NCBI GenBank assembly: GCA_013204545.1
Contig: JABMNN010000046.1
Location: forward strand, 11,724 to 75,723
Direction: 5' to 3'
DNA: 64,000 nucleotides
From: Chloroflexota bacterium
GTDB lineage: Bacteria; Chloroflexota; Dehalococcoidia; Lucifugimonadales; Lucifugimonadaceae
A program made the position numbers and the translations under genes. The notes under the pieces are model-generated. The model saw only the letters and a list, made by a program, of their open reading frames with translations, had not been told where the DNA came from and searched no databases. This document shows, in pieces, positions 19,112-29,355 of the stretch (positions are counted from its first letter, which is position 1; every line of letters starts with the position of its first letter).

Positions 19112-22012
19112 CTAACCCACCGAATCCATATCGCCCCATGTTGGGCCGGTTTTGGCTTCGACCAATAGCGGTACGGAGAGATCCATTGCGGCAGGCATCA
19201 TGGTTGTTACCATCATCTGCATCTCCATGAGTTCTCCGGGAGCGATCTCGAAAATCAATTCGTCGTGAACTTGGATAGACATTTTCGACCGCATCTTTTG
19301 GTTTTTCATCTCGTTTGAAATGTTGATCATTGCAAGCTTGATAACGTCAGCAGCAGTGCCTTGAATCGGCATGTTTACCGACACTCGTTCGGCGGCGGCT
19401 CGGTGACCCGGATGACCGGCATTGATGTCAGACAAATAACGCCTGCGACCTGTGATCGTCTGCGCATAGCCAGTTTCACGGGCTGATTGCTTCACCTGCT
19501 CGATGTAATCACGAATTCCCGGGTACTTGCCGAAGTACAGATCTATGAACTCCTGTCCCTGCTGTCGAGTGAGATCAGTCTGGCGAGCAACGCCGACAGG
19601 GCCCAGACCGTAAATGACTCCAAAGTTCAGTATCTTGGCAATTCGGCGTTGATCCGGCGAAACTTCTTCAACGCCATACATCGCCTGAGCTGTGGCAGCG
19701 TGGATGTCTTCGCCTTTGTGAAATGCCTCAAGCAGTCCGGGTTCTTGTGACAGGTGGGCAAGAATCCGAAGTTCGATCTGCGAGTAGTCTGCGGCAAGGA
19801 ATTGCCAGCCGTTGGCTGTATCTGCAATAAATGCTTTACGCACCCGTCGACCAAGTTCGGTACGTACAGGAATGTTCTGCACGTTGGGATCATTACTGGA
19901 GAGTCGCCCCGTCGCCGAACCGACTTGGTTGAAGCTAGTGTGAACTCGTTGCGTTTGTGGGTTCACCAAAAGTGGCAGAGCGTCGACGTAAGTCGACTTG
20001 AGCTTGCTGAGTTCTCGGAATTTCAGAACAGCGTCGGCGATTTGGTACACACGGTCGTCAAGCCCGCTAGTTTCGTTGATTTTCTCAAGAGCTTCAGCAT
20101 CCATCGAGTAGCCGGTTTTGGTTTTACGAGTCTTTGGCGCACCTAGTTCATCTATCAAGAGAGCCGCTACTTGCTGATTCGACGCGAGATTCATTTCGCG
20201 ACCACCAATTACTGCTGTGGCTGCCTGTTTGATCAGCTCGACATCTGCCCCGAGTTGCTCCGACATTTCTGTGAGTGCTGCTTTGTCGATCATCATGCCG
20301 TTGCGCTGCATTTCGATGATGACTGGTAGCAGCGGTAGCTCGATCTTTTCGTTCACATACCGAGCTTCGTGTACGTCGATTTCGGGCTCGAAATACTCAT
20401 AAAGTCGCCACGTGAAATCGGCGTCGGCTGCGGCGTAAGGACCCGCAATATCGATTGGCACGGTCGCCATCGTGACCTGTTTTTGACCAACACCGATGAG
20501 GGTCTTGATCTCAGTCATTTCCGCCTGAAATAGCTCGAGAGCAAGCTGCTTTAGTCCGATAGCACGACGACCGCAGAGGGCTGCAGCGATCATGGTATCG
20601 AATGAAATATTCTTCACAGCGATTCCGGCAGTAGCGAGGACCATCAGGTCGAAGTTAGCGTTGTGGGCGATTTTTTTGATCGACTCATCTTCAAATAGTG
20701 GCCTTAGCGCGGCTAGGCCTTCGGCGAATGGCACCTGGTCACCTTCGTTGTGTCCAATAGCGACGTACCAAGCATGCTGAGATTTGATCGAGAACGACAG
20801 CCCAACGAGATTGGACGTCATCGAGTTGAGTCCGGTCGTTTCGGTATCGAACGCAAATTCGCCCTTGGCTCGTAGTGTTTCTATCATGACTTTCAGATCG
20901 GTCATACTGGTCACAACTTCGTAAATGCCAAGCGGCTTTAGCTGGTCTTGACTGATTAGAGCCTCGGTCGGTGGAGCCTCCCCCATCATGTCCATCTGTC
21001 CGCTCGCGGTTATTGATGGTGCCTCATTTGGTTCCCATCCAGGAGCGGTTTCTACCTTCGTTGATAGGGTGGCGACTGATCCTCCTTGTGGCTCGATTCC
21101 CAACTTCGGGAGCCTGTTCGCAACAAGACGCATTTCATAATTCATCAACGTCTTGATTACAGCTTCGCGGTCGAAATCTCCGAATCTAGATTTTGCCTCG
21201 TCAAATTCAACGGGTACGTCACGGACGATAGTGGTGAGTACGAGGGCCATGGCAGCAGTTTCGCGATGTTCCTCAAGCAGATTCATCGTGCGCTTTGCGC
21301 CACGCAATCCTTCAATGTTTTCAACTTCGTCGAGCTTCTGAAACAGCGTGTCGAAGTGGCCCAGTTTCGTGAGCACCGTACGGGCGGATTTCTTACCAAC
21401 TCCCGGTACACCAGGAATATTGTCGGAAGAATCGCCTTCAAGTGCTTTGATCTCGGCGACATACTCAGGTCCGAGCCCATCGTATTTCTCAGCGACTCCT
21501 GCAGGATCATACGTGCGCATGTCGCCGAATCCGGTGTACATAAGGAGCGATGTATGTTCGTCGACCAACTGTAGCTGGTCAGCATCGCCGGTAAGAATCA
21601 ATGTCTTGATTCCTTGCTCGACCGCCTGTTTTGAGAGAGTACCAATTAGATCATCGGCTTCAAATCCGTCGTACTCGAAAACCGGAACACCCATCGGTCC
21701 GAGAATTTCTTTTAGGATCGGAATCTGCTCATGTAGGGCTGGATCAACTTCCTGTCGATGTGCCTTATATTCCGGGAACATCTCCTTTCGGAAAGTTGGA
21801 GCTTTTGTGTCGAACGTAACTGCTATGTGAGTTGGCTTCTGCTCTCTAATCGTCTTTAGAAACATCGTCATGAAGCCACTTGCGCCAGTTGTGTTCTGTC
21901 CAGACGCCGTGATCAAGTGATCCCGCATGGCAAACCACGCCCGGAACACGATTGCGTGACCATCGATTAGCAGGAACAGTTGGTCGTCAGAATTTGCTTT
22001 AGAAGTTGTCAT
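19112..22012 (-). CDS. polA: DNA polymerase I
   Basis: 966-aa ORF with a 5'-nuclease N-terminus, a 3'-5' exonuclease region (FDTETT), and polymerase motifs (DYSQIELR, QVHDEL). Confidence 0.95.
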   Translation of the reverse strand: MTTSKANSDDQLFLLIDGHAIVFRAWFAMRDHLITASGQNTTGASGFMTMFLKTIREQKPTHIAVTFDTKAPTFRKEMFPEYKAHRQEVDPALHEQIPILKEILGPMGVPVFEYDGFEADDLIGTLSKQAVEQGIKTLILTGDADQLQLVDEHTSLLMYTGFGDMRTYDPAGVAEKYDGLGPEYVAEIKALEGDSSDNIPGVPGVGKKSARTVLTKLGHFDTLFQKLDEVENIEGLRGAKRTMNLLEEHRETAAMALVLTTIVRDVPVEFDEAKSRFGDFDREAVIKTLMNYEMRLVANRLPKLGIEPQGGSVATLSTKVETAPGWEPNEAPSITASGQMDMMGEAPPTEALISQDQLKPLGIYEVVTSMTDLKVMIETLRAKGEFAFDTETTGLNSMTSNLVGLSFSIKSQHAWYVAIGHNEGDQVPFAEGLAALRPLFEDESIKKIAHNANFDLMVLATAGIAVKNISFDTMIAAALCGRRAIGLKQLALELFQAEMTEIKTLIGVGQKQVTMATVPIDIAGPYAAADADFTWRLYEYFEPEIDVHEARYVNEKIELPLLPVIIEMQRNGMMIDKAALTEMSEQLGADVELIKQAATAVIGGREMNLASNQQVAALLIDELGAPKTRKTKTGYSMDAEALEKINETSGLDDRVYQIADAVLKFRELSKLKSTYVDALPLLVNPQTQRVHTSFNQVGSATGRLSSNDPNVQNIPVRTELGRRVRKAFIADTANGWQFLAADYSQIELRILAHLSQEPGLLEAFHKGEDIHAATAQAMYGVEEVSPDQRRIAKILNFGVIYGLGPVGVARQTDLTRQQGQEFIDLYFGKYPGIRDYIEQVKQSARETGYAQTITGRRRYLSDINAGHPGHRAAAERVSVNMPIQGTAADVIKLAMINISNEMKNQKMRSKMSIQVHDELIFEIAPGELMEMQMMVTTMMPAAMDLSVPLLVEAKTGPTWGDMDSVG

Positions 22013-22207
22013 GACTCAATGAGGTCGGCGATGGATAGGCGAAATAAACGTGACACTAGGTGATGTCGAAGCAGGCGGTGAGCGGATTATAGCTTCAGAA
22101 GCCAGCAGTAACGTACTCGTCATCACAAGATTGACATGCCTAGCGAGCCAATGTATCGTTCGGATAGGTATTATGCTACTCGAGTTAAAGCAGCACTGTG
22201 AGAGCAT

Positions 22208-22627
22208 GTGACAACGACCACTAAGCCTTTGAATGATCTAGCCAGCATTAGCTACTGGCAAACGTTGAATCGAAAAAGCCTTCTGAGGTTTTTCATGTTG
22301 CAGCAGTTAAGCCAGAGACCGATGCACGGTTATGAGATCGGCACCCGGATTGCACTCTGTTGTGACACGCGACCTACCGATGCCATGATTTACCCGATGC
22401 TCAAGGAGCTGGAAATTGGCGGTTACGTAGAGTTGGAGGTGGCCGTAATCAATGGTCGTGAACGCAAAATATACGCTCTCTCCGAACTGGGTATAGAGGC
22501 ATACAGGGCATCGGCTCAGGCGTGGTCTACCGTGTTACCACAACTGGAGTCAGCGGTCAAAGAAGCGGGGGTTGAACCTGCTTGCTGTACAACGATGGTC
22601 ATTGATTCCAGTATTTTAGGAGATTAG
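22208..22627 (+). CDS. PadR-family transcriptional regulator
   Basis: 139-aa ORF with a GTG start. Winged-helix motifs PMHGYEI and YPMLKELEIGGYV. Confidence 0.85.
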   Translation: MTTTTKPLNDLASISYWQTLNRKSLLRFFMLQQLSQRPMHGYEIGTRIALCCDTRPTDAMIYPMLKELEIGGYVELEVAVINGRERKIYALSELGIEAYRASAQAWSTVLPQLESAVKEAGVEPACCTTMVIDSSILGD

Positions 22628-22631
22628 GAAT

Positions 22632-23465
22632 ATGGAAAAGAGTCCATTTGGGATATTGACGCCGATCAGTGCCGATGCAGCCTGTTGCAGTGGCGCAAAT
22701 GACGCAGAAATTACTAATGCTCAACTTGATTCGATCACAGCTGCTGTACAGCACCAGTACGGAGCATTGGCGACGAATGCCGCTGTTAGGGCGACGGACG
22801 GCTCGATAGTAAAAGCGACGGACAAGTTCTATTCAGATGAACAGCGTAGTGTTTTGCCAGATGAGGCGGCAGGGGCATCAGCTGGTTGCGGAAATCCGGT
22901 CGGAATTGCCGATGCACTGCCCGGCGAAACTGTTCTCGATCTCGGTTCAGGCGGTGGAATCGATTGTTTCCTTGCTGCTAAAGAGGTCGGTCCAGGAGGA
23001 CATGTGATCGGCATCGACATGACGCCACGCATGATCGAACTGGCGCAAAAGAACGCTGCCAGCCTTGGTACCGAAAATGTTGTATTCAAGTTGGGGCACA
23101 TCGAGTCGATCCCTCAGCCTGACAACACGGTCGATCTTGTAATTTCGAACTGTGTCATAGCACTTTCTGAGCAAAAGGATCGAGTGTTTTCTGAGATACA
23201 CAGAATCTTGAAGCCCGGCGGACGGTTCGTGATTTCCGACATGGTCACTTCACATGCGCTACCAGCTGATGTACAAGCGTCGGCAACTGAATGGGTTGCC
23301 TGTGTCGGTGGTGCAGCGGTCATGAGTGAATACCTTGAGATGGTAAACGACGCTGGCTTCGGTAATGTCGATGTGATCAAAAGTGTCCCGAGTTACCCTG
23401 ATTCTGACGACTGGCGCTCGTTGATGATCAACCTGACTCTACGGGCATTCAAGCCAGCATCGTAA
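22632..23465 (+). CDS. arsM: Arsenite S-adenosylmethionine methyltransferase-like protein (ArsM/AS3MT family, all four conserved Cys present)
   Basis: N-terminal CC pair (AACCSG), GCGNP, SAM motif VLDLGSGGGIDCF, ISNCVIAL and WVACVGGA. Confidence 0.75.
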   Translation: MEKSPFGILTPISADAACCSGANDAEITNAQLDSITAAVQHQYGALATNAAVRATDGSIVKATDKFYSDEQRSVLPDEAAGASAGCGNPVGIADALPGETVLDLGSGGGIDCFLAAKEVGPGGHVIGIDMTPRMIELAQKNAASLGTENVVFKLGHIESIPQPDNTVDLVISNCVIALSEQKDRVFSEIHRILKPGGRFVISDMVTSHALPADVQASATEWVACVGGAAVMSEYLEMVNDAGFGNVDVIKSVPSYPDSDDWRSLMINLTLRAFKPAS

Positions 23466-23613
23466 GCGTCAAACACTTTTGTATTCGGCTGAGAGATCGG
23501 ACTCTAAAATGTTTTGGCGGGACTGATGTTTTCTCAAAACACTCAAATGAAGCATTGAGACTGCGTATTGCAGTACGATATGAATAGAATCCAGCATCTT
23601 TGGAGATTCAGAA

Positions 23614-24468
23614 GTGGAAGCCCGGAAGTTCGTATTTTTATCGCCTGATTACGGCAGTTCGATTACCGAAAACGGTTGTTGTGGTTCCGGCTGCTGCGAT
23701 TTTGAAGCCGTGGTGCTTTCTGGAAACGCGAAAGACATCACGAATGCGGTGAAGCAGCGCTACGGTGCCCTTGCGGAACGAGCTGGTAAACGCGGACTTA
23801 AGGCATCCGACAACAAAGCATCAGATCAGTTCTACTCGGAAGATCAACGTTTGGCTTTAACTGACGAAGCTGCTGGAGCTTCGACTGGATGTGGAAACCC
23901 GGTTAAAGTTGCCGATGTCAAAACGGGAGAAACAGTACTTGATCTTGGGTGTGGTGGTGGTATTGATTGCTTCCTCGCAGCCAAAAGCGTTGGGAATACT
24001 GGTCGGGTAATCGGCGTCGACATGACCCCACGGATGATCAGTCTCGCACGTAACAACGCGAAGAAATTGAATGCATCTAACGTGGTGTTCAAGAGGGGTC
24101 ACATCGAGCAGATTCCACAGGACGAAACCACGGTGGATCTTGTTATTTCAAACGGGTCAATCTCACAGTCTGAGTGGAAGCACTTGGTCTTTTCAGAGAT
24201 TTTTAGAATTCTGAAAGCAGGTGGCCGCTTCGTTATTTCCGACATTATTACTACTGAACCGCTTCCCGACAGCGTTCGGGATTCGACCGCTAGGTGGGTT
24301 GAAGGCGTCGGTGGGGCTGCCGTGAAGCGCAGTTATCTGACCATGATCGAAGCTGCCGGGTTTGTCGATGTTGAAATTCTTGAGGAACGAGCGAGTACGA
24401 GAGGGAATGAAGAGTGGAGTTCATCGGTTGTAAACCTCACTCTAAGGGCGCACAAGCCCGCTAAGTAG
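23614..24468 (+). CDS. ArsM-like SAM methyltransferase paralog lacking two conserved Cys
   Basis: GTG start preceded by GGAGA. Cys-rich N-terminus NGCCGSGCCDFE, GCGNP, and VLDLGCGGGIDCF. The other two sites read ISNGSISQ and WVEGVGGA, with Cys replaced in both. Confidence 0.7.
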   Translation: MEARKFVFLSPDYGSSITENGCCGSGCCDFEAVVLSGNAKDITNAVKQRYGALAERAGKRGLKASDNKASDQFYSEDQRLALTDEAAGASTGCGNPVKVADVKTGETVLDLGCGGGIDCFLAAKSVGNTGRVIGVDMTPRMISLARNNAKKLNASNVVFKRGHIEQIPQDETTVDLVISNGSISQSEWKHLVFSEIFRILKAGGRFVISDIITTEPLPDSVRDSTARWVEGVGGAAVKRSYLTMIEAAGFVDVEILEERASTRGNEEWSSSVVNLTLRAHKPAK

Positions 24469-24550
24469 AGTAATTTTCACGATTGGAAACATCGTTTCCT
24501 TCTCCCTCCTCCTTTCGTACTCTGGCGTACCCGTACACTTGTAATTCACC

Positions 24551-25504
24551 ATGTTGATTAATCCCTGGGTTCGAAACTATGAAAAAGACGATCATGCCGC
24601 GCTTGGCCGAGTTCGTGAATGGGCCGCCAACAAACTCGGCAGCAACGTCGACTACGGTTTCGGCTACGGCACATGGGTATTCATTGGCACCGAGACGGTA
24701 ATCAAGATCGACCCCGAAGTTGGGCGATCTGAGCGATTCAGTCATGAACTCGCAGCCAGCCAGTTAGAGATCCCGGGTGTCGCAACGCCCCATGTACTAG
24801 AGACTGGTGCCCTCGAGGGCAGGGCGTGGGTGATTCTAAACCGACTGCAAGGATCGAGCGGGTACAACGTTTGGCCGGGGCTAGATCAAGATGGTCGCAC
24901 TAATCTCACAACTCAACTAGCGACCGCACTTGGGCATATGCAGCAGTTTGTCCCCGACGAAGGATTGCTTCATGCCGAAACCAAGGACTGGGCGCTACAC
25001 ATTCGAAAGTCGTTCAACCGTGCTCTTAGAGCTGTCGACGCGGTAGTACCAGGACGTGTGCTCACATCGTCGCAGGGTGCGTTTGCTCAGTGGGCAGAGG
25101 CACTTGACGAACGACCTCGAGTGCTGTGCCACGGTGACTTGTGGCTTGGAAATATTCTGGTCAATAACGAGGGTGCCTTAGCGGGAATACTCGATTTCGA
25201 TCGAATGGCTTTGGCACCAGCCGACTACGAGCTCGACATGCTGTTGCGGTTCTGGCGATACCCGTGGAATTTTGTGCCCGAACAGCTAGAGGCGGTTTAC
25301 AACGATCCGCTTGATATCGAGCTCATGAAGCCGTTCGTCGAGCTTTGCCAGGGTGACTTAAGCAATGACGCTTTGGCGGCTCGGCTGAGTACGTTGGAAC
25401 TGATCTACCGCCTGAATCTAGTCAACCGATTCGGCTGGAACGACGAACACGCCGCCATGTTCGAAACCGTGCTGAGTGGTGACTGGGCAGACGGTCTGGT
25501 TTAG
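24551..25504 (+). CDS. Aminoglycoside/choline-kinase-like phosphotransferase (APH fold)
   Basis: 317-aa ORF with the catalytic loop CHGDLWLGNILV and the Mg-binding ILDFD. Confidence 0.75.
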   Translation: MLINPWVRNYEKDDHAALGRVREWAANKLGSNVDYGFGYGTWVFIGTETVIKIDPEVGRSERFSHELAASQLEIPGVATPHVLETGALEGRAWVILNRLQGSSGYNVWPGLDQDGRTNLTTQLATALGHMQQFVPDEGLLHAETKDWALHIRKSFNRALRAVDAVVPGRVLTSSQGAFAQWAEALDERPRVLCHGDLWLGNILVNNEGALAGILDFDRMALAPADYELDMLLRFWRYPWNFVPEQLEAVYNDPLDIELMKPFVELCQGDLSNDALAARLSTLELIYRLNLVNRFGWNDEHAAMFETVLSGDWADGLV

Positions 25505-25874
25505 GGACGGTGCAACTTTATTCTATTATTCATTTACTACCGCCGCGATCGAACCCACCACGATCGAAACGTCCACACCATAATCCTAAACTTGATTCAG
25601 AATACTGATCGCTCCGCTGAGGCAGTACAGATTCCAAATACGGTTGACTGAGAGTCATCGTTCTCCCTCAGGGTGATGGCTGGAATTGACTGTATGGATA
25701 AAACAGTCCTATGTCGTTTTGTTGCACAGAATATTTGTGATGCCATGGCTGTGTGGTCAATTCTTTATCCTCGAACACCCGGTCATCCGATCTCTAGACA
25801 AACTATGAATCGGCAATCATAGTGTGCCCAACGAGATAATTAGGCTAGAAAACTAACAAATAGGAGATGTCGTA

Positions 25875-27026
25875 TTGAAAGCGGTCGTATTCAAAGAGCC
25901 ATTTAAGGTTGCTGTTGAAACGGTTTCGGATCCGCAAATCCTTCACCCGAACGACGCCATCGTGAAAATCACTTCGTCCTGTATCTGTGGGTCCGATCTC
26001 CACATGTACGAAGGTCGTACTTCAGCCGAACCCGGCATCGTGTTTGGTCATGAGAACATGGGCATGATCGTTGAAGTAGGTTCCGCCGTCAAAAACCGCA
26101 AGGTTGGCGACAGAGTCGTAATGCCGTTCAATGTGGCGTGTGGCTTCTGTAAGAACTGCTTGGGTGGTTATACCGGATTCTGCACAACTGTAAATCCCGG
26201 CTTTGCCGGTGGAGCCTACGGATACGTTTCGATGGGGCCATGGGTTGGTGGTCAAGCAGAACTAATGAAGGTTCCGTTTGCTGATTTCAACTGTCTGCTT
26301 CTCCCAGATGGCACAGATCATGAAGCAGATTTTGCGCTTCTTGCCGATATCTTCCCGACGGGTTATCACGGGACGGAACTTGCTGGCGTGAAACCGGGTG
26401 AGAGTGTTGCCGTATTTGGTTGCGGCCCAGTGGGTCTGATGGCTTCATACAGCGCGATTCTCCGTGGTGCCTCTATGGTCTTCGCTGTTGATCATGTTCA
26501 GGAGCGACTCGATAAAGCAGCCGAAATTGGAGCAATTCCAATCAATTACGACGTAGCAAATCCTGTAGAACAGATCAAAGCACATCTAGGTGGTGCAGGG
26601 GTCGATAAGGGCATTGATGCAGTCGGTTATCAGGCAACCGCAGCTGGTTCATCAGCGGTCGGCGGTGAGCAGGATGAGGTGCCGAATATCGTTCTCAACC
26701 AGCTAATCGATGTTGTGGCGCCTACAGGTGCTCTTGGAATCCCTGGCCTGTATGTGCCATCAGATCCCGGCGGAGTAGATGAGCATGCCAAACACGGTGC
26801 CCTCTCCATCAATTTCGGCCAACTGTTCGAGAAGGGGCTTCGGCTCGGTACCGGACAGTGCAATGTGAAGCAGTACAACGCTCAATTGCGTGATTTGATC
26901 ATTGCGGGTCGAGCGAAGCCGAGTTTTGTTGTTTCGCATGAAGTGTCGCTAGACGATGCACCTGCCGCTTATGAGAAATTCGACCGCCGCGAAGACGGCT
27001 ACACCAAAGTGATATTGCATCCGTAA
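25875..27026 (+). CDS. Zn-dependent alcohol dehydrogenase, glutathione-independent formaldehyde dehydrogenase-like
   Basis: 383-aa ORF with a TTG start. Motifs CICGSDLHMYEGR, GHENMG, PFNVACGFCKNC, NPGFAGGAYGYV, and GCGPVGL. From memory, it resembles the Pseudomonas FdhA family. Confidence 0.85.
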   Translation: MKAVVFKEPFKVAVETVSDPQILHPNDAIVKITSSCICGSDLHMYEGRTSAEPGIVFGHENMGMIVEVGSAVKNRKVGDRVVMPFNVACGFCKNCLGGYTGFCTTVNPGFAGGAYGYVSMGPWVGGQAELMKVPFADFNCLLLPDGTDHEADFALLADIFPTGYHGTELAGVKPGESVAVFGCGPVGLMASYSAILRGASMVFAVDHVQERLDKAAEIGAIPINYDVANPVEQIKAHLGGAGVDKGIDAVGYQATAAGSSAVGGEQDEVPNIVLNQLIDVVAPTGALGIPGLYVPSDPGGVDEHAKHGALSINFGQLFEKGLRLGTGQCNVKQYNAQLRDLIIAGRAKPSFVVSHEVSLDDAPAAYEKFDRREDGYTKVILHP

Positions 27027-27042
27027 GGAAACACAAACAACG

Positions 27043-27093
27043 CAGCCCTGCGTCGCTTGGTTCGTTGATCGAACGTGAGCGAGCACAGGGCTG
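27043..27093. terminator. Composite hairpin between convergent genes (possible bidirectional terminator)
   Basis: CAGCCCTG (27043..27050) pairs with CAGGGCTG (27086..27093). The inner helices are TCGCT/AGCGA and GTTCG/CGAAC. Confidence 0.4.
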
Positions 27094-27289
27094 AGTGGTT
27101 GATTCTATTTCGTTACGCGCCGGTCGTTCATTTGTACTTGGGCACTTTGCGAATTATCTGGCAATAAGCCAGTTGTCGAACTGGAGGCGTTACGCGACCC
27201 CGCACTAGATCCCTCGGCTTCGATGACTTCGCTCGGGAAATCATTGTTGGCTTTTGGTTCCTATGTGCAGGTGTTTCAGCAAACCAGAA

Positions 27290-27895
27290 CTAGTCGGCGA
27301 CGTATGCTGTTGGGCGGGCGTCGAGGAGATCAATACCACCTCGGACCTGACCAAGCGTGTCGGCGATTCGTTCTTCCAGCGTGAACAACACCTCACGAGC
27401 GTAGTTGTCTGCGCCCGTGCGTCGTTGGCTTGCTGAAGTCTCTGCCTCGTTCAAAATTCCGTTCACTTGGCTCTCTGCATCATCGATAATCTTGCCAGCA
27501 CGCTTCTGTGCATCGGCTTCGATTACAGTTGCGTTCTCGTTAGCCATTCGAGTGATCTCAGTATCCTGAATCATCTTGTGGGCTTCTGCTTGTGAAGTTG
27601 TGAGCAGCGTGTTTGCCTGCTCTTCCGCCAAATTGCGGATGGTGGTGGCTTCCTCGTCAGCGTAGGCGCGAATTCGGCGGGCTTCGAGTTCAGCCTGCTT
27701 GATGATCGCATCCTTCTGACGAACAACACCCTCTGCTTCATTCAACTGATTAGGCATCTCACCCTTCATCTCTTCGATGACGGCTATGATTTTTTCCAGG
27801 TTTACGAGCGTTCGTGCGGTTCCGGGTACTCGACCTTTGACGATCATCGCCTCTAGGTCTTCTAGCTGTGACATAAGTGTCATTTCTGCCTCCAT
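27290..27895 (-). CDS. Coiled-coil protein of unknown function (ATPase subunit b/H-like heptad repeats)
   Basis: 201-aa ORF directly downstream of rsmD-coaD. Ala/Glu/Gln-rich helical repeats and no enzymatic motif. Confidence 0.6.
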   Translation of the reverse strand: MEAEMTLMSQLEDLEAMIVKGRVPGTARTLVNLEKIIAVIEEMKGEMPNQLNEAEGVVRQKDAIIKQAELEARRIRAYADEEATTIRNLAEEQANTLLTTSQAEAHKMIQDTEITRMANENATVIEADAQKRAGKIIDDAESQVNGILNEAETSASQRRTGADNYAREVLFTLEERIADTLGQVRGGIDLLDARPTAYVAD

Positions 27896-27918
27896 GCGTG
27901 TCGACTGACGCGTGCTAA

Positions 27919-28431
27919 CTAACTGTGTTGCTTACTTTTCTCATCATTTCGTTTGGCTTCAAGCCTCTCAACCAGAAGCTTCCAAACGTTTTTTGGAACT
28001 AAATCGGACACATCGGCGCCGAGTGCCGCTACTTCCTTCACTCTTGATGAACTCAGAATCTGAAATTCCAGAGCGCTGAAAAGACAAATCGTTTCGACAT
28101 CTTCAGCCATCCTGCGGTTCATTAGTGCCATTTCACTCTCATACTCGAAATCGCTTGTGATTCGTAGACCACGAACAATCACTGTTGCGCCGATTTTTCG
28201 GGCTGCGGTGACTGTTAGGCCTGAGTACGATTCCACCGATACATTTGGCAGGTGCGCCACTGCTTCGGTGAACATTTTTATCCGCTCGTCGACGTTGAAC
28301 ATGGTTCGTTTCGACGAAACTTCTACCACCCCAACCGTCAGATGATCGACAGTATGTGATGCTCTTTCGACAATATCTACGTGCCCGTTTGTCACCGGAT
28401 CAAAGGTTCCGGGATAGATCGCTCGCGCCAT
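27919..28431 (-). CDS. coaD: Phosphopantetheine adenylyltransferase
   Basis: N-terminal YPGTFDPVTNGHVDIV (the H-x-G-H nucleotidyltransferase motif) and typical length. Confidence 0.95.
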   Translation of the reverse strand: MARAIYPGTFDPVTNGHVDIVERASHTVDHLTVGVVEVSSKRTMFNVDERIKMFTEAVAHLPNVSVESYSGLTVTAARKIGATVIVRGLRITSDFEYESEMALMNRRMAEDVETICLFSALEFQILSSSRVKEVAALGADVSDLVPKNVWKLLVERLEAKRNDEKSKQHS

Positions 28432-29040
28432 CTATTCGCCCCCTCCCAATGATTGAGTCGGTGAACCTGAAGTAGGCTGAGATTTATAGACCGAAACTGC
28501 TGTATCGCCGTAGAGTCGATGAGTCGACAACCTGAGCCCGGGTAGAGATTCGGGAAGATCGGTCATCTTCGAATGTTCAAGAAATACAATAGCGTTCGGT
28601 GCGATCAAACCGGCCTCGTTTACCCGTTGGAACAGTGCCTCGAACTCGATTAGTTCGTATGGTGGGTCGGCAAAAATCAAATCAAACTCACCCTTCAGTC
28701 TTCCGACTGCGTTCAGTGCGCTTCCTCTTTTAACTGATCCTTGCATTGCCAATCTGTGTCGTTCCAGAGCCTTTTTAATCTCGTCGCAACGGCGACTGTT
28801 TTGTTCGATAAACGTGGCAGTTGTCGCACCACGTTGTAGAGCCTCGATCCCAAGCGCCCCGGTACCCGCATAGATGTCGAGCACCCGAAGACCACTGGCT
28901 CCGGCCGGTCCGAGCATAGAAAAAATCGCAGATCTCACTTTGGATGTGGTTGGGCGAAGATCGCTTCCACTTGAACCGGGTGATCGCCGGAATGATGACG
29001 ATCCGCTGCGCCTATTGTTCATCGCACTTTCGATCCGCAC
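28432..29040 (-). CDS. rsmD: 16S rRNA (guanine966-N2)-methyltransferase
   Basis: Motifs RPTTSKVR, LDIYAGTGALGIEA and FADPPY. Conserved rsmD-coaD adjacency. Confidence 0.85.
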   Translation of the reverse strand: MRIESAMNNRRSGSSSFRRSPGSSGSDLRPTTSKVRSAIFSMLGPAGASGLRVLDIYAGTGALGIEALQRGATTATFIEQNSRRCDEIKKALERHRLAMQGSVKRGSALNAVGRLKGEFDLIFADPPYELIEFEALFQRVNEAGLIAPNAIVFLEHSKMTDLPESLPGLRLSTHRLYGDTAVSVYKSQPTSGSPTQSLGGGE

Positions 29041-29355
29041 TTGAAACCCCTGATTTCCCCTGACAACCGATGGGATGGAAGCGATTATTCCCGTAATGAC
29101 GCGTTCTTGACCATCGTGAGTTGTTACCGGTTTTCATCGTTTTACACGGAAGCTGTGGCAACCACTCGGTGAATCTGTGGGCTTTCTGTTGCCTACGTAT
29201 TCACAGGCTGTTCAGTAGCTGGCTTAGAATGAGACGCTGCAATGGTGTTTCGCGAGTGATTGCTTCACTGAGTCAAAATCAATGCAGAGCCGTAGAGGGT
29301 TGCGGCTAGATACGCCAGATACGAGTGACAGCAGGATCTTTCTGCGCCGATAAAT

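Noticed and set aside
29041-29355. T-box or lysine riboswitch upstream of lysS, and similar leaders for serS and tyrS.
   Set aside because: There is no T-box core (…GGUGGUACCGCG…) or specifier-loop layout, and no L-box-like conserved junctions. The serS and tyrS upstream spacers (51 and 57 nt) are too short for such leaders.
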